64,000 nucleotides of DNA from a virus (lineage: Duplodnaviria; Caudoviricetes), in IMG/VR virus record IMGVR_UViG_2596583697_000001, positions 1 through 64,000 of that record; one strand, written 5' to 3'. Positions 29,762 to 39,340 of the stretch are shown here, one piece after another (position 1 is the stretch's first letter; every line of letters begins with the position of its first letter). The translations under genes and the position numbers were made by a program. The notes beneath the pieces were generated by a model. That model did no database searches, had not been told where the DNA came from, and was given only the letters and a program-made list of their open reading frames with translations.

Positions 29762-31393
29762 TTATTTGTTGTCGCTAGGACTTGGCATCGCATTACCATT
29801 ATTCGATTTACTTATTAGTGTACTTTGATTGGTGGGATTTTCAGATTCTGGTCTACCTGCCGTATTCGTCTTTTCGTTAGCCGTAAAAGATGTCATGTGT
29901 ACCGGATATTTATGCTCAATATCTTCATCAAGTTCAGTATCCATAAGTTCAAAATATGCCTCTGAATTAATACCAGTACTTGCAATCCATGCGGTTAAAG
30001 ACCCTTTTCCTTGCAAATACAAGTCTTTCATTTGTTGAGTAAATTCTTTTCTCGTGATGATACTACATGGTAGGTAATACAAACTGACAATATTATTTGA
30101 ATCTTTAATAATATTTTGATTTATCACCTTCACAAATTCTTCTGTAATTGGCTCCATCCACATAAAGATTTCAGATAGTAGTAGCTGAAGATTATTCTGT
30201 TGAGAAGCAAAGTTTCCAGATCCGGTTCCAGATACCAAATTTGCCATGAATCCCAAATCCACGCCAATCTGGTCATTAATATACGAACTGTTCTTTTCGT
30301 CAAGCAACGATACATCTGCTTTGATTTGATCTATCTTAGTTCCTGCCGAAACAGTAAAGAAACTTGTTGAGTTACGATTATTCTTTGTTAGAACGGCACC
30401 CTTAACAGCGTCATGCTGATCTGTCTGTTGTTTTTTTGTAAGTGCGCATGAGCCAGGATCTTTCCCTTGCGGTAATGTCTGATAGATAATGCGGTTGTTT
30501 ATTTCATCAAGCGTACCACGAGCAGTGTCTTGAAAATATGACGAATAAAGAATGTTCTTGATTGCAGCTAAACACAAAGGTCTCCCCCATGCCTCCTCTA
30601 GCTTACTTCTGATTTTTGACACTATGGTCTTTGAATTGTCGAGAACAAGCCAATTGTTTGAGGAGGTATTTGGCTTGTTAAAATTCGTCCATCCGTCTCT
30701 GATTTCAGCGGGATATAAACGCAATTTACGCTCTAGCTCGTTTGAATCTAATCCTTCAAAATATCTTAGATTGAACGCAAGGACATACGAAGAATTTTTT
30801 CTTCCCACAATCTTTGTATAGTTAGTTGGAAGTGGGATAACGGACATATTTATTCCAAGCTCATTTATTTCAAGGATGTTTTCAACATCGTAGTCACTCA
30901 TAGTTTTCTTATTATCATTTGTGCTGTTAGTAAAAGCACAATAATAAAAAGACACCCCGTCAATCATTGATTTATACAAGGCGTCTCTCATAATTTCTTT
31001 ATGATGAAAACTTCTTAATGCGGATTCCATTAATTTTTTATTGGTTTGTCTTTTTGATTTATTTTTACCTCTTGGTATAACCACGCTGTCTAACGTAGGG
31101 AGAGCAGTACAATAATCAATACACTGTGTAAGCAATCCATTGGAAGAATAGAGCTGATTTGACAGTTTTCTTAACTGTTCATTATGTATCATTGGGCTTT
31201 TAATCATTGCTGAGATTTCTTTTGGTTCATATATCTCAAAGATATCAAGTCCAAATATATACTCTGAAACGCCTCTTGATGAAAAACTGTTAAATTCGTG
31301 GGTATTATCGGCAGTGGGAGAGGAGATTACGCCGCTGTCCACAGGTTGTATTTTTCTTGGACGTCCCCTACCACGTTTTATTTCTTCTGCCAT
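29762..31393 (-). CDS. Portal protein (YonE-like)
   Basis: 543 aa after terL; N-terminal AT-hook RGRGRPRK; C-terminal AGRP. Confidence 0.8.
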   Translation of the reverse strand: MAEEIKRGRGRPRKIQPVDSGVISSPTADNTHEFNSFSSRGVSEYIFGLDIFEIYEPKEISAMIKSPMIHNEQLRKLSNQLYSSNGLLTQCIDYCTALPTLDSVVIPRGKNKSKRQTNKKLMESALRSFHHKEIMRDALYKSMIDGVSFYYCAFTNSTNDNKKTMSDYDVENILEINELGINMSVIPLPTNYTKIVGRKNSSYVLAFNLRYFEGLDSNELERKLRLYPAEIRDGWTNFNKPNTSSNNWLVLDNSKTIVSKIRSKLEEAWGRPLCLAAIKNILYSSYFQDTARGTLDEINNRIIYQTLPQGKDPGSCALTKKQQTDQHDAVKGAVLTKNNRNSTSFFTVSAGTKIDQIKADVSLLDEKNSSYINDQIGVDLGFMANLVSGTGSGNFASQQNNLQLLLSEIFMWMEPITEEFVKVINQNIIKDSNNIVSLYYLPCSIITRKEFTQQMKDLYLQGKGSLTAWIASTGINSEAYFELMDTELDEDIEHKYPVHMTSFTANEKTNTAGRPESENPTNQSTLISKSNNGNAMPSPSDNK

Positions 31394-31409
31394 TTTTCAC
31401 CTCCATTCT

Positions 31410-33065
31410 TTAATTAATTAGTGTCGAATATTCGTAATCTGACGACGTATATAGGTCTCTACAAAATTCATTTATGTACCACAACACATAGATCAGAGCT
31501 GACACCCTATCCTTGTCTAACTTTTTTACAACTTTTTCAATGGTTAAACCACCGGTGGGTAGTTGCTTTAGTTTAAGATTTGCAATTTCTTCAAATAGGC
31601 AATCTGTCTGTATAAAAGGAGCCACAGCATCATCAAAATTATCTTGTTCGTCAACTGTAAACTCATTTAATTGCTTGGATACAAGCAGTCTTAGTTTACT
31701 ACTATCAACCATATCTATAAAATTAGTAACAACCTTACTTTGTACAGATTGAGCCTTTAAATTATATAATATTTGTTCAGACCCATCTAATAATTCAGGT
31801 GTATTATCATCATTTATAGTGTTCCAGCAGCCAAGAGATTCGTTGGTAATTGGATCAAAGCTTTCTTTAAGGCACTCATCAACTAGTCCTGCACCAAGCC
31901 CATTCCCGTCAATTACTACTGCCATTGCATTGTATCGTTTTCTGATTTTCTTAATCATACATGCTTGCGCTGTGAAATTCATGATATTTGGAATATTTAT
32001 GATGGTGACAATATCAATGGAAACAATTTTTGTCTTATCCTTATTTCTTTTAACTTTAGCTACGCATACAGATGATTGATTATTATTTGTATTTTGAGAC
32101 CTAGCTACGTCAACACCCAGATAAAATTCTTCATCAGATTTTGCGGCCTTTTGTGTTGTAGTTAAAGAACGACAACTCATTAGTTTATTAATATTTACAA
32201 GAGCGTTATCTGAAGAGCCTACCCATTTTGATTCATAGTTTTGTGCAAAGGCAATCGGTGACATTTCCTTTTTCTTTTTTAAAATCTGACTTTTTGAACT
32301 CCCTCGCCCATACCAACATGCTAAAAACCATGAAGAACCTAATACGATATCTCCTCCGAGGTTAGTCATATTTTCAACCATTTGAATACTTCGCTGAAAT
32401 TCATCACTGCCTCTAAACCCCGAAGTGGTAAAAAAGTTTATTTGTTGATTTAACTCACAAGGATCTACGACTCCGAGTTTGCCAATAGTATATCTTGGAA
32501 CTTCTACAATTGGTTTCAGCGCATCCTGAAAAGTAACATCATTCAGAAGAGCAGACTCCTCAATATTAATTCTTTTCCTTCTTTGTCCCTTTGAGGTTTG
32601 GGCATTGGCAAGATTATCAATTCTTGAATCGGACTTGAATTTTACCTCAGCGTCACCCTTAGAAAATTTCTCTTTTCTTTCAAGTTCATTTTCCAACATG
32701 GGAAAGTGGCGCATAATTTCATAATGCTTGTCTTTTAATAGTTCTGCGGCATTTTCCTTGGTTTGAGCTGTCATAGCTAAATCAATGCCAGGAAAAAATA
32801 TTGATACCAAGTACATCGCCAATACTTCATCGTAAGTTTTTCCCCAACCTCTAGGAAACACACCATACATACTTACGAATCTCATAATGCATCGCAGATA
32901 CGTTCTTTGGTCTGGGTGTAAATTTATTCCTCCAGAATCGGGCTTAATTAAGTCTAAAAAAAGATCAGGATACCACCTACACCAAGAACAGAACTCAACG
33001 TATTTGTATATATTCTTACCAAATATAGATTCATCTTGTAGATTAAGTATTTGCTCTTTGGTCAT
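31410..33065 (-). CDS. Terminase large subunit
   Basis: Walker A PRGWGKT, INIEES, nuclease LGVDVAR, IDGNGLG, KDRVSAL. Confidence 0.92.
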   Translation of the reverse strand: MTKEQILNLQDESIFGKNIYKYVEFCSWCRWYPDLFLDLIKPDSGGINLHPDQRTYLRCIMRFVSMYGVFPRGWGKTYDEVLAMYLVSIFFPGIDLAMTAQTKENAAELLKDKHYEIMRHFPMLENELERKEKFSKGDAEVKFKSDSRIDNLANAQTSKGQRRKRINIEESALLNDVTFQDALKPIVEVPRYTIGKLGVVDPCELNQQINFFTTSGFRGSDEFQRSIQMVENMTNLGGDIVLGSSWFLACWYGRGSSKSQILKKKKEMSPIAFAQNYESKWVGSSDNALVNINKLMSCRSLTTTQKAAKSDEEFYLGVDVARSQNTNNNQSSVCVAKVKRNKDKTKIVSIDIVTIINIPNIMNFTAQACMIKKIRKRYNAMAVVIDGNGLGAGLVDECLKESFDPITNESLGCWNTINDDNTPELLDGSEQILYNLKAQSVQSKVVTNFIDMVDSSKLRLLVSKQLNEFTVDEQDNFDDAVAPFIQTDCLFEEIANLKLKQLPTGGLTIEKVVKKLDKDRVSALIYVLWYINEFCRDLYTSSDYEYSTLIN

Positions 33066-34198
33066 TACTCATCACCTTCCTCATAATCTTTGGGAAGAGT
33101 AATGAATTTCTTTATACTTTCTCTATTTTTTTCACTAGTATCTTCATCGAAAATTCCATATGGATCACCATATTGATCAAGATATTCCTGCTTTTTCTTG
33201 TCGTAAAATTTATATACATCTTCGTACTCACAAGATGGCAATCCCTGCAAATCTCTAATATAATTTACATAACACCAAATATTAAAATCTAATGCATCAT
33301 TTGGTCTGAACTTAAATTTGGGCAATATTGGAATTACCTCAACAGCCTGTTCAACAGCCTTAAATATTTCGGAAAAGCTATTTAAACCACCTTGTAAATC
33401 TGATTGAGTTAATTGTTTTGGTGTTAACTTTGCCGATTCGGCTGCACCCATGGCTGCGTCATACCATTTTTTTGCTGCTGTAACATCGCCTTCAGCGGTT
33501 GATATTTCTTCCTGTACTTTAAACCTGACATATGTAGCCAACGCTTCTTGATGCAAATTGGTTTGAAGAGAGTAATTGAGTTTCAATTTCTCATACTTTT
33601 CATACATCTTTTTGTAAATTAATGGATCTTCATATCCATCACCAAATAATTCAATCATTTCAGGAGTTGGTATAAACTCAATAATGTCTTTTTTTTTATT
33701 AGTTTTTATTTGTGTGTTTACATCGTTATAGTTTTTTTCAACGAATTCTTTTTCTTGTTTTATCCTATTGTTATTTTGGTGCATGAACCCATCTTTTTCA
33801 GAATCAGAGTACGACTTTGCTTTATCCTGTCTCATCGCAATGAGTGTAAAATATTTTTGTAATATTTCCATGCCATGAAGTTTTAATTCATCATCGCTAA
33901 TATAACTGTTTTCTTTTTTAACAGATCTCTCTGATGAAAAAATTAAATCTTTGTAGTATGGCTTATCAATGGATCGAAGTAATTCGTTCAATTTGATTTC
34001 ATTTACAGAACCATCATTGTTTAATGCCATTGATTTACAGCATTCCTTGCAAACAGGAACTCGTTTATCTATAGAATAAAGAGGACTATAACTGACATAA
34101 AAGTCCGTTAGCTTTTTCTCTTCATGACAACAAGTACATATCTTACTTCCTTTTTGTTTATTAGCTGGCACTTTGCCAGCAGTATTCGATTTTGGCAT
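33065..34198 (-). CDS. Putative terminase small subunit with N-terminal Zn finger
   Basis: CTCC..FY..CKEC; overlaps the terL start. Confidence 0.7.
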   Translation of the reverse strand: MPKSNTAGKVPANKQKGSKICTCCHEEKKLTDFYVSYSPLYSIDKRVPVCKECCKSMALNNDGSVNEIKLNELLRSIDKPYYKDLIFSSERSVKKENSYISDDELKLHGMEILQKYFTLIAMRQDKAKSYSDSEKDGFMHQNNNRIKQEKEFVEKNYNDVNTQIKTNKKKDIIEFIPTPEMIELFGDGYEDPLIYKKMYEKYEKLKLNYSLQTNLHQEALATYVRFKVQEEISTAEGDVTAAKKWYDAAMGAAESAKLTPKQLTQSDLQGGLNSFSEIFKAVEQAVEVIPILPKFKFRPNDALDFNIWCYVNYIRDLQGLPSCEYEDVYKFYDKKKQEYLDQYGDPYGIFDEDTSEKNRESIKKFITLPKDYEEGDE

Positions 34199-34314
34199 TA
34201 TGCCACCTCCCTTTTCACAATATAAAAAGAGCCTTCAATGGCTCCAAATTCTCAAGCAAATCGCTATTCAATACAAAAATAGAAGAGTAGATTGTTACAT
34301 CCACACTTCCTAAA

Positions 34315-34518
34315 TTACTGCTGAGCTTTTCTCTTAGTACACTCTTCTTTAAAAGAGGTTCCTGAGAAGGTCTTCCAACCACGAGCTGCACAATAAGCGC
34401 AGTCATCAGGATGTACTTTTCCGGTTCCGGGGCCATATTCTGCCATATGTGCCTTATAATCGGCTTCCTCTGCTGGGCTTTCAAATGTAATTACTTCTTT
34501 TTCGTAATCATAAATCAT
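34315..34518 (-). CDS. Hypothetical protein
   Basis: AAGGAGTG RBS; CAYC. Confidence 0.6.
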   Translation of the reverse strand: MIYDYEKEVITFESPAEEADYKAHMAEYGPGTGKVHPDDCAYCAARGWKTFSGTSFKEECTKRKAQQ

Positions 34519-34572
34519 GTGTATTCACTCCTTTATATGTTATATTTATACATAAAAATATGTATTTCGCAG

Positions 34573-34716
34573 TTAATCCAACTTCTCCAGAAGTCCTTCA
34601 ATGGTCATCGTTTCTCCAATAGATACACATGTATCCTGGCGAGTTTCAAGAACTTCTTTCAGAATTGAGATTTCGTCATCAGTAAGGTTGATTGTCTTCG
34701 TTATAATGTCAAACAC
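34573..34716 (-). CDS. Small hypothetical protein (not in ORF track)
   Basis: GTG start after AGGGGTGA; MFDIITKTINLTDDEISILKEVL... Confidence 0.55.
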   Translation of the reverse strand: MFDIITKTINLTDDEISILKEVLETRQDTCVSIGETMTIEGLLEKLD

Positions 34717-34728
34717 TCATATCACCCC

Positions 34729-35001
34729 TTACTTTACGGCTTCTTTTAACGCTTTACCGGCTTTGAATTTAGGCGTTTTTGTCGCTTCAATGTGAAGTGC
34801 TTCGCCCGTCTTGGGATTCCGACCTTCTCTGGCAGCTCTTTCGGCAACTTCAAATGTGCCAAAGCCAACTAACTGAACTTTCTCACCCTTTACCAATTCC
34901 TCAGCAACAACTTCTGTTAATGCCTTCACAAATATCTCTGTATCTTTTACCTGTAAACCTGTCTTGGTAACAATAGCGCTGATTAATTCTGGTTTGTTCA
35001 T
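34729..35001 (-). CDS. hup: DNA-binding protein HU
   Basis: MNKPELISAI...VQLVGFGTFEV..RAAREGRNPKTG..PKFKAGKALKEAV. Confidence 0.95.
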   Translation of the reverse strand: MNKPELISAIVTKTGLQVKDTEIFVKALTEVVAEELVKGEKVQLVGFGTFEVAERAAREGRNPKTGEALHIEATKTPKFKAGKALKEAVK

Positions 35002-35220
35002 ATATAAATCTCCTTGTATTTTAAAATAGTGGGAGAGGATAGCAACAACCTCTCTTTGCTTCATGTTATTACAGGGGTACTCCTCATCACCTGTTTATCT
35101 CCAAGCGCCCGGCTCACCGTATGTCTACGGATTCGTAGAGAACATCTTCTCTAACTAATTGCGCTATTTCCCTAATTTGACCGCACAGCAGTCATTCGCA
35201 ACTTTTTTAACCAACAAAAT

Positions 35221-35415
35221 CTAATACTTCTCTGCTACTGCAAGAATGGCATTTGCAATTCTAATTGCTTCACAATCTCCTAAATCATGAAGAATAGACT
35301 CTGAAACTTTTAATGGAAAATATTTTATATATTCTCTATCATCTTCTGACACAATATTTTTGCTGGCAATCTCCTGAAATTTTGTTAAAGTATCGATTGT
35401 TTTAAAGTCGTTCAT
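35221..35415 (-). CDS. Hypothetical protein
   Basis: GAGGTG RBS, 64 aa. Confidence 0.6.
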   Translation of the reverse strand: MNDFKTIDTLTKFQEIASKNIVSEDDREYIKYFPLKVSESILHDLGDCEAIRIANAILAVAEKY

Positions 35416-35484
35416 AAATACACCTCTTCTCTGTTAAAGCAATAAAAAAGAACCGCCACAAGCGATTCGCAATCAAATGTATGT

Positions 35485-36528
35485 TTAATTTAGAACAACC
35501 AATTTAGTCTTGTCGTCGATTGTATTACCTTCATGATCTTGGCACATAAAAATAAACCCTTCCTTTTGACTATTGAAGAGTTTCCCATCAGAATAATTAT
35601 TCTTTTTTACGTCGCAAAAAGCACCTTGCTCATAAATAGTAGTGTTACCAATAGTGTATTGACCACTGCGATGAGTATGAGCCATTACAAGGCGCCTGAA
35701 ATCAAATCCCTCGTTCCTGAACCAAAGCATAGCCTTTTCCGCTGTTTTCAATATTCCAGATGAATATGCCATTGGGTGACAGAAAATAGTGTCATTAATT
35801 TGACAGTACCAATTATCCGTATATTCAATTTCGATATTTTCAAATACATTTTTTAGTGGTTTATATTCTATTTTAGTCCGTTCGCGTTTATCAAAATGTC
35901 TGAATCCATCTATGAAAATTAATTCAAGAGATGTTTTTGGCATCAGCTCTAATAAATCGCTATCCAAGTTTTTTGCCAAGTATGACTGAAAACGGATGTC
36001 ATGGTTGCCGTATGTAATAACTACCTTCTTTGGATTGATATATTCAATCAGTTCAATCAAATATTTTCTGGTCTCAATAATTTCTTCCATAGGGCTTACC
36101 CTATATGCTTTTGGGAAAGTTGAGATTGATTGCATATCTGATATATCCCCGTTAAGTTGCAAAATGTCTGTTCTGCCTACATAATCAGACAGTAATTCCT
36201 TTGGGAGCTGAAATGGTACATGCAAATCAGAAATGGATAGGATAGTAGTAGAAACGCTATTATACCCATGTATATAGCTATCATATTCTTCATATCCAAC
36301 GGCCTGTTTTCTTAACTGATCTGAAGTAATATCCAGTCCTAGCATATCTCGGATTTCTACCCAATCCATGTCAGTATTTCCACGCTTCTTTGCCAAGCAG
36401 CACCTAATCTTCCAGCCAGTTAAATCTTCGCCATCTTGTCTATATAAATTTATCTCATTCACCGCCTTACCAGTTATTCTGCATCGAACATTGTAGAAGA
36501 GAGTGGCAATGCTCCGCCGAGTTTGCAA
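35485..36528 (-). CDS. Calcineurin-like metallophosphoesterase (YonJ-like); true start probably ~36462
   Basis: SDLH, NGD, GNHD, HTHR motifs. Confidence 0.9.
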   Translation of the reverse strand: MQTRRSIATLFYNVRCRITGKAVNEINLYRQDGEDLTGWKIRCCLAKKRGNTDMDWVEIRDMLGLDITSDQLRKQAVGYEEYDSYIHGYNSVSTTILSISDLHVPFQLPKELLSDYVGRTDILQLNGDISDMQSISTFPKAYRVSPMEEIIETRKYLIELIEYINPKKVVITYGNHDIRFQSYLAKNLDSDLLELMPKTSLELIFIDGFRHFDKRERTKIEYKPLKNVFENIEIEYTDNWYCQINDTIFCHPMAYSSGILKTAEKAMLWFRNEGFDFRRLVMAHTHRSGQYTIGNTTIYEQGAFCDVKKNNYSDGKLFNSQKEGFIFMCQDHEGNTIDDKTKLVVLN

Positions 36529-36683
36529 TCAACTAACTGATCCTTATATTCCATAAACATATCTTTTACGTTAATAGGTTCCCCAAACTCCTCGTGGCTC
36601 AAATACAGTTCACCATCAATTTCTTCAACCTTTGCTCCTACTATATTGTAGATACTTTGTTTTGTATTATCTAATTTTGCCAT
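36474..36683 (-). CDS. YonK-like small protein
   Basis: Acidic 69 aa directly upstream of the phosphoesterase, as in SPbeta. Confidence 0.55.
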   Translation of the reverse strand: MAKLDNTKQSIYNIVGAKVEEIDGELYLSHEEFGEPINVKDMFMEYKDQLVDCKLGGALPLSSTMFDAE

Positions 36684-36698
36684 AATTTTCCCTCCAAA

Positions 36699-36992
36699 TT
36701 AAAAAGACTTCTTATGTGGGTTGAAATATCTCTGTCGAGATTTATTCGCCCTTACATCAAGAAGTTGTTCTACTTTTTCTTTATATTTTTCATTTTTAGT
36801 CAGTCTTGAGATACATGATAAATAGTAATTACCTACTCTACGAGGTATTTTTTCATCTACCACATTGTCAATTAATTTTTTGGCGGCGTGATAGTTTTTG
36901 AAATGTATGTGAGCGTTATTGTTATCGCTTCTACACACTCTATAACCCGTTTCTGTACGTTGTATTATGAAACCATGGTATTCTTCACCCAT
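36699..36992 (-). CDS. Hypothetical phage protein
   Basis: HIHF...YYLSCISRL conserved-looking motif. Confidence 0.6.
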   Translation of the reverse strand: MGEEYHGFIIQRTETGYRVCRSDNNNAHIHFKNYHAAKKLIDNVVDEKIPRRVGNYYLSCISRLTKNEKYKEKVEQLLDVRANKSRQRYFNPHKKSF

Positions 36993-36997
36993 AATAT

Positions 36998-37177
36998 TTA
37001 GTTGCCACGAATGGCTTTTAATGCCTTTAAAACAGCCACCTTTTCAGCGGCATAATACTTCCTGTGACGCTTGTTTGCAGAATGACATAGGTCTGCTTCA
37101 TAATAATTTTTGTGATCAGAATATCTGAAACCTTGAGATTCTAACAGCTTAGCTTCCTTCTTGCTTATTGATAAAAT
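36998..37177 (-). CDS. Small basic protein with probable ATT start (not in ORF track)
   Basis: ILSISKKEAKLLESQGFRY...RKYYAAEKVAVLKALKAIRGN; AAAGCGAGTGA RBS upstream. Confidence 0.6.
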   Translation of the reverse strand: MLSISKKEAKLLESQGFRYSDHKNYYEADLCHSANKRHRKYYAAEKVAVLKALKAIRGN

Positions 37178-37225
37178 TTTATTTCACTCGCTTTCATTTT
37201 AAAATTTCTCCGGAGAGGAGAGTAG

Positions 37226-37309
37226 CACTAGAATGAGGTGTCGATCCCCATGCTGTTAAACACACACTGCTTTCAAGGCAGGTTACGGAGCCGTCCGGAT
37301 TATTCTAGC
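37226..37309 (-). tRNA. tRNA-Ser(TGA), atypical
   Basis: Acceptor GCTAGAA/TTCTAGT, G discriminator, anticodon loop CT-TGA-AA in CTGC/GCAG stem, long variable arm, T arm TGGGG-ATCGACA-CCTCA; no encoded CCA. Confidence 0.75.
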
Positions 37310-37318
37310 AAGATTTCA

Positions 37319-37715
37319 TTTGCAATTACTACAGCTCTGTACAAGCCATAGCGTCAATTACGCATCACGACTAAACTCAACCGGAGATTCTATCGAATTT
37401 TAGTGATTATATTTTAATTTTTACAAACAAAGAGGTTTGAAAATTAAACTTTGAAATTTAAGTGCTGAATATTGAATTTTTATTCAATTAGTATGGATAT
37501 TTAACGCATCTATGAGCGTATTATAATCTCCATTCAATAATTTAGATAATCATTCAAATGTCATCTACTATTTGAACATACCTTCTTCATATACTTAAAT
37601 ATGTATTTGATGTTATATAATAGTAAAAGTTAATTCCTCTTAGCATTAAATTTTACCTATGAATGTCCGCATAGGTGACGGAGCGTAAGTTTATGGTTTT
37701 CGTAATAATTGCAAA
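37319..37715 (-). ncRNA. Candidate ~400-nt ncRNA closed by a 13-bp terminal helix
   Basis: UUUGCAAUUAUUA pairs with UAGUAAUUGCAAA; internal hairpins; six 7-nt repeats; no ORF. Confidence 0.6.
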
Positions 37716-37723
37716 GGTTTAAA

Positions 37724-38356
37724 TTATGACTCTAATTCAATGAAATTTGTTGCGTTAGACAACACGAGAGCCGTGTTGACATTACTGTTAAAAGCATCGA
37801 TTTCCGCTTCCAATGCAATCATATTGTCAAAGATTCCAATCGGATCAATGAACTCAAACTCATTTTTGTCTCTATATGGTTTTTCGATGTTTTCCTGATC
37901 TTCCTTTGAAATCTTCTTATCAGAGTCCTTACCTACCAAAGTCTGTAATAATTCATCAACCTTGGAATCAACCTTTTTATTTTCCTTATTTACAGTATCG
38001 GTAGAAGTTGCATACTGACGTTTCATCTCTGTGAGAAAATCCACCTCATACTGAATTGAGTTCTTTCTTTCAATAGCTTCAGCGACGGTCATTTTCTTAC
38101 CGGAAATTACAACTTCTGTGGTAGCGTTTGACTTAACAATAGCTGACTTCAGAGCGTTTCTGTTTTCAATCAAATCGGTGATAGACTGATAGGACGCCTT
38201 AGACTTCTCAATAAAGGTCTCTTTGGTAACTACACCTACTTTATCAGAAGATTTCTTTGCTGCTCCAACGAGTTTCGCATTCCCAATTGCCTTAGAGATT
38301 TTGGAATCATAAAGTTTCAATTCATTAAGTGCCTCTGTAATACTAATTTCTCTCAT
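37724..38356 (-). CDS. Coiled-coil protein resembling the DIP1984/DUF6847 family (from recall, unverified)
   Basis: ISITEALNELK, LKSAIVKSNATT, MTVAEAIERK, LVLSNATNFIE. Confidence 0.75.
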   Translation of the reverse strand: MREISITEALNELKLYDSKISKAIGNAKLVGAAKKSSDKVGVVTKETFIEKSKASYQSITDLIENRNALKSAIVKSNATTEVVISGKKMTVAEAIERKNSIQYEVDFLTEMKRQYATSTDTVNKENKKVDSKVDELLQTLVGKDSDKKISKEDQENIEKPYRDKNEFEFIDPIGIFDNMIALEAEIDAFNSNVNTALVLSNATNFIELES

Positions 38357-39037
38357 TGAACAAATTTCTCCTTTAAATAATGAATTTTAATTGTCTAATT
38401 CTTCTTCGGTGGGATTTCACACCCTAAAATTGAATTTGTTTGAGCTGTCAGCTCAGTTCTTATTAATAATTTGGACTTACTCCAATTGTTAAATTCAAAC
38501 CGCTATTGTGCAGAGCGATGTACTTTTGACGAGTAATCACAACTCGTAGTTATCTCTATTAAAACAACATTTATTAATCGTATCTGTGAACGATGCACTC
38601 TGCTTGATTTAATATTTATACTGTTAGCCGGGAGGCGTATCCGACATCTCTTTAAGACCTTTTGAACGATAAGGCGTGATAGCTGCCCATTCTATCCTTA
38701 ACAGTATTTTTAATAACCGCATAAAACGGGTATTTTCTAAGTATTGGTTTAGGATTTTCCTTTCCGTTGGCATGGGCTTAAAGTCTCCATACCGACTTAT
38801 TTCGAGGAGGTGTCGTTAACCACTTACCGAGTGTAAGTCAATCAACGACTTTATGAGAATAAGTTGAATTATGAGCTATTCTTATGTATTTTTTGATTTT
38901 CTTTTCTCTCTTACCTAGGGCTCCCTTATAATTTTTCTTCGAAATTAATGGAAGTTTCCCATACCTCTTACGGAAGAGTTCCGCGAAAAAATGATAGGTT
39001 AAAATTGAAAAAAGTAACTTTTCATCTCAATAATGCC

Positions 39038-39340
39038 TTATCTACAAGCCTTTTGATACTTACATCCATTTTTAATTCTATTTTTAATTCCGGTTGCAAT
39101 TTTAAAAGTAGGATAAATACATTTTTCTAAATTTAATTCTGGATTTCCAAATAGATTTTTGCCCTGCATAGGTTTTCGTTCAACCAAAGTAAATCTTCCA
39201 AGCTTGGGAATTTCAACTTCTTCTCCGCAGATAAGTTTCTCTGCTGTCAAACTAGAAGAAGTATTAAAAACTTCTTCTACAGCATAATCAGATAACATGC
39301 ACCTCTTTGCAACTTCTTTCACAAATTCGCTTTTATTCAA
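39038..39340 (-). CDS. Divergent HU/IHF-like DNA-binding protein
   Basis: MNKSEFVKEVA...VEIPKLGRF..PTFKIA. Confidence 0.85.
   Translation of the reverse strand: MNKSEFVKEVAKRCMLSDYAVEEVFNTSSSLTAEKLICGEEVEIPKLGRFTLVERKPMQGKNLFGNPELNLEKCIYPTFKIATGIKNRIKNGCKYQKACR

Noticed and set aside
34729-35064. 111-aa N-terminally extended HU
   Set aside because: The HU fold begins at MNKPEL (35001) after an AAGGAG RBS
37226-37309. Opal suppressor/Sec tRNA or stop-codon recoding
   Set aside because: The anticodon is TGA (reads UCA, Ser), not TCA; genes translate normally with code 11
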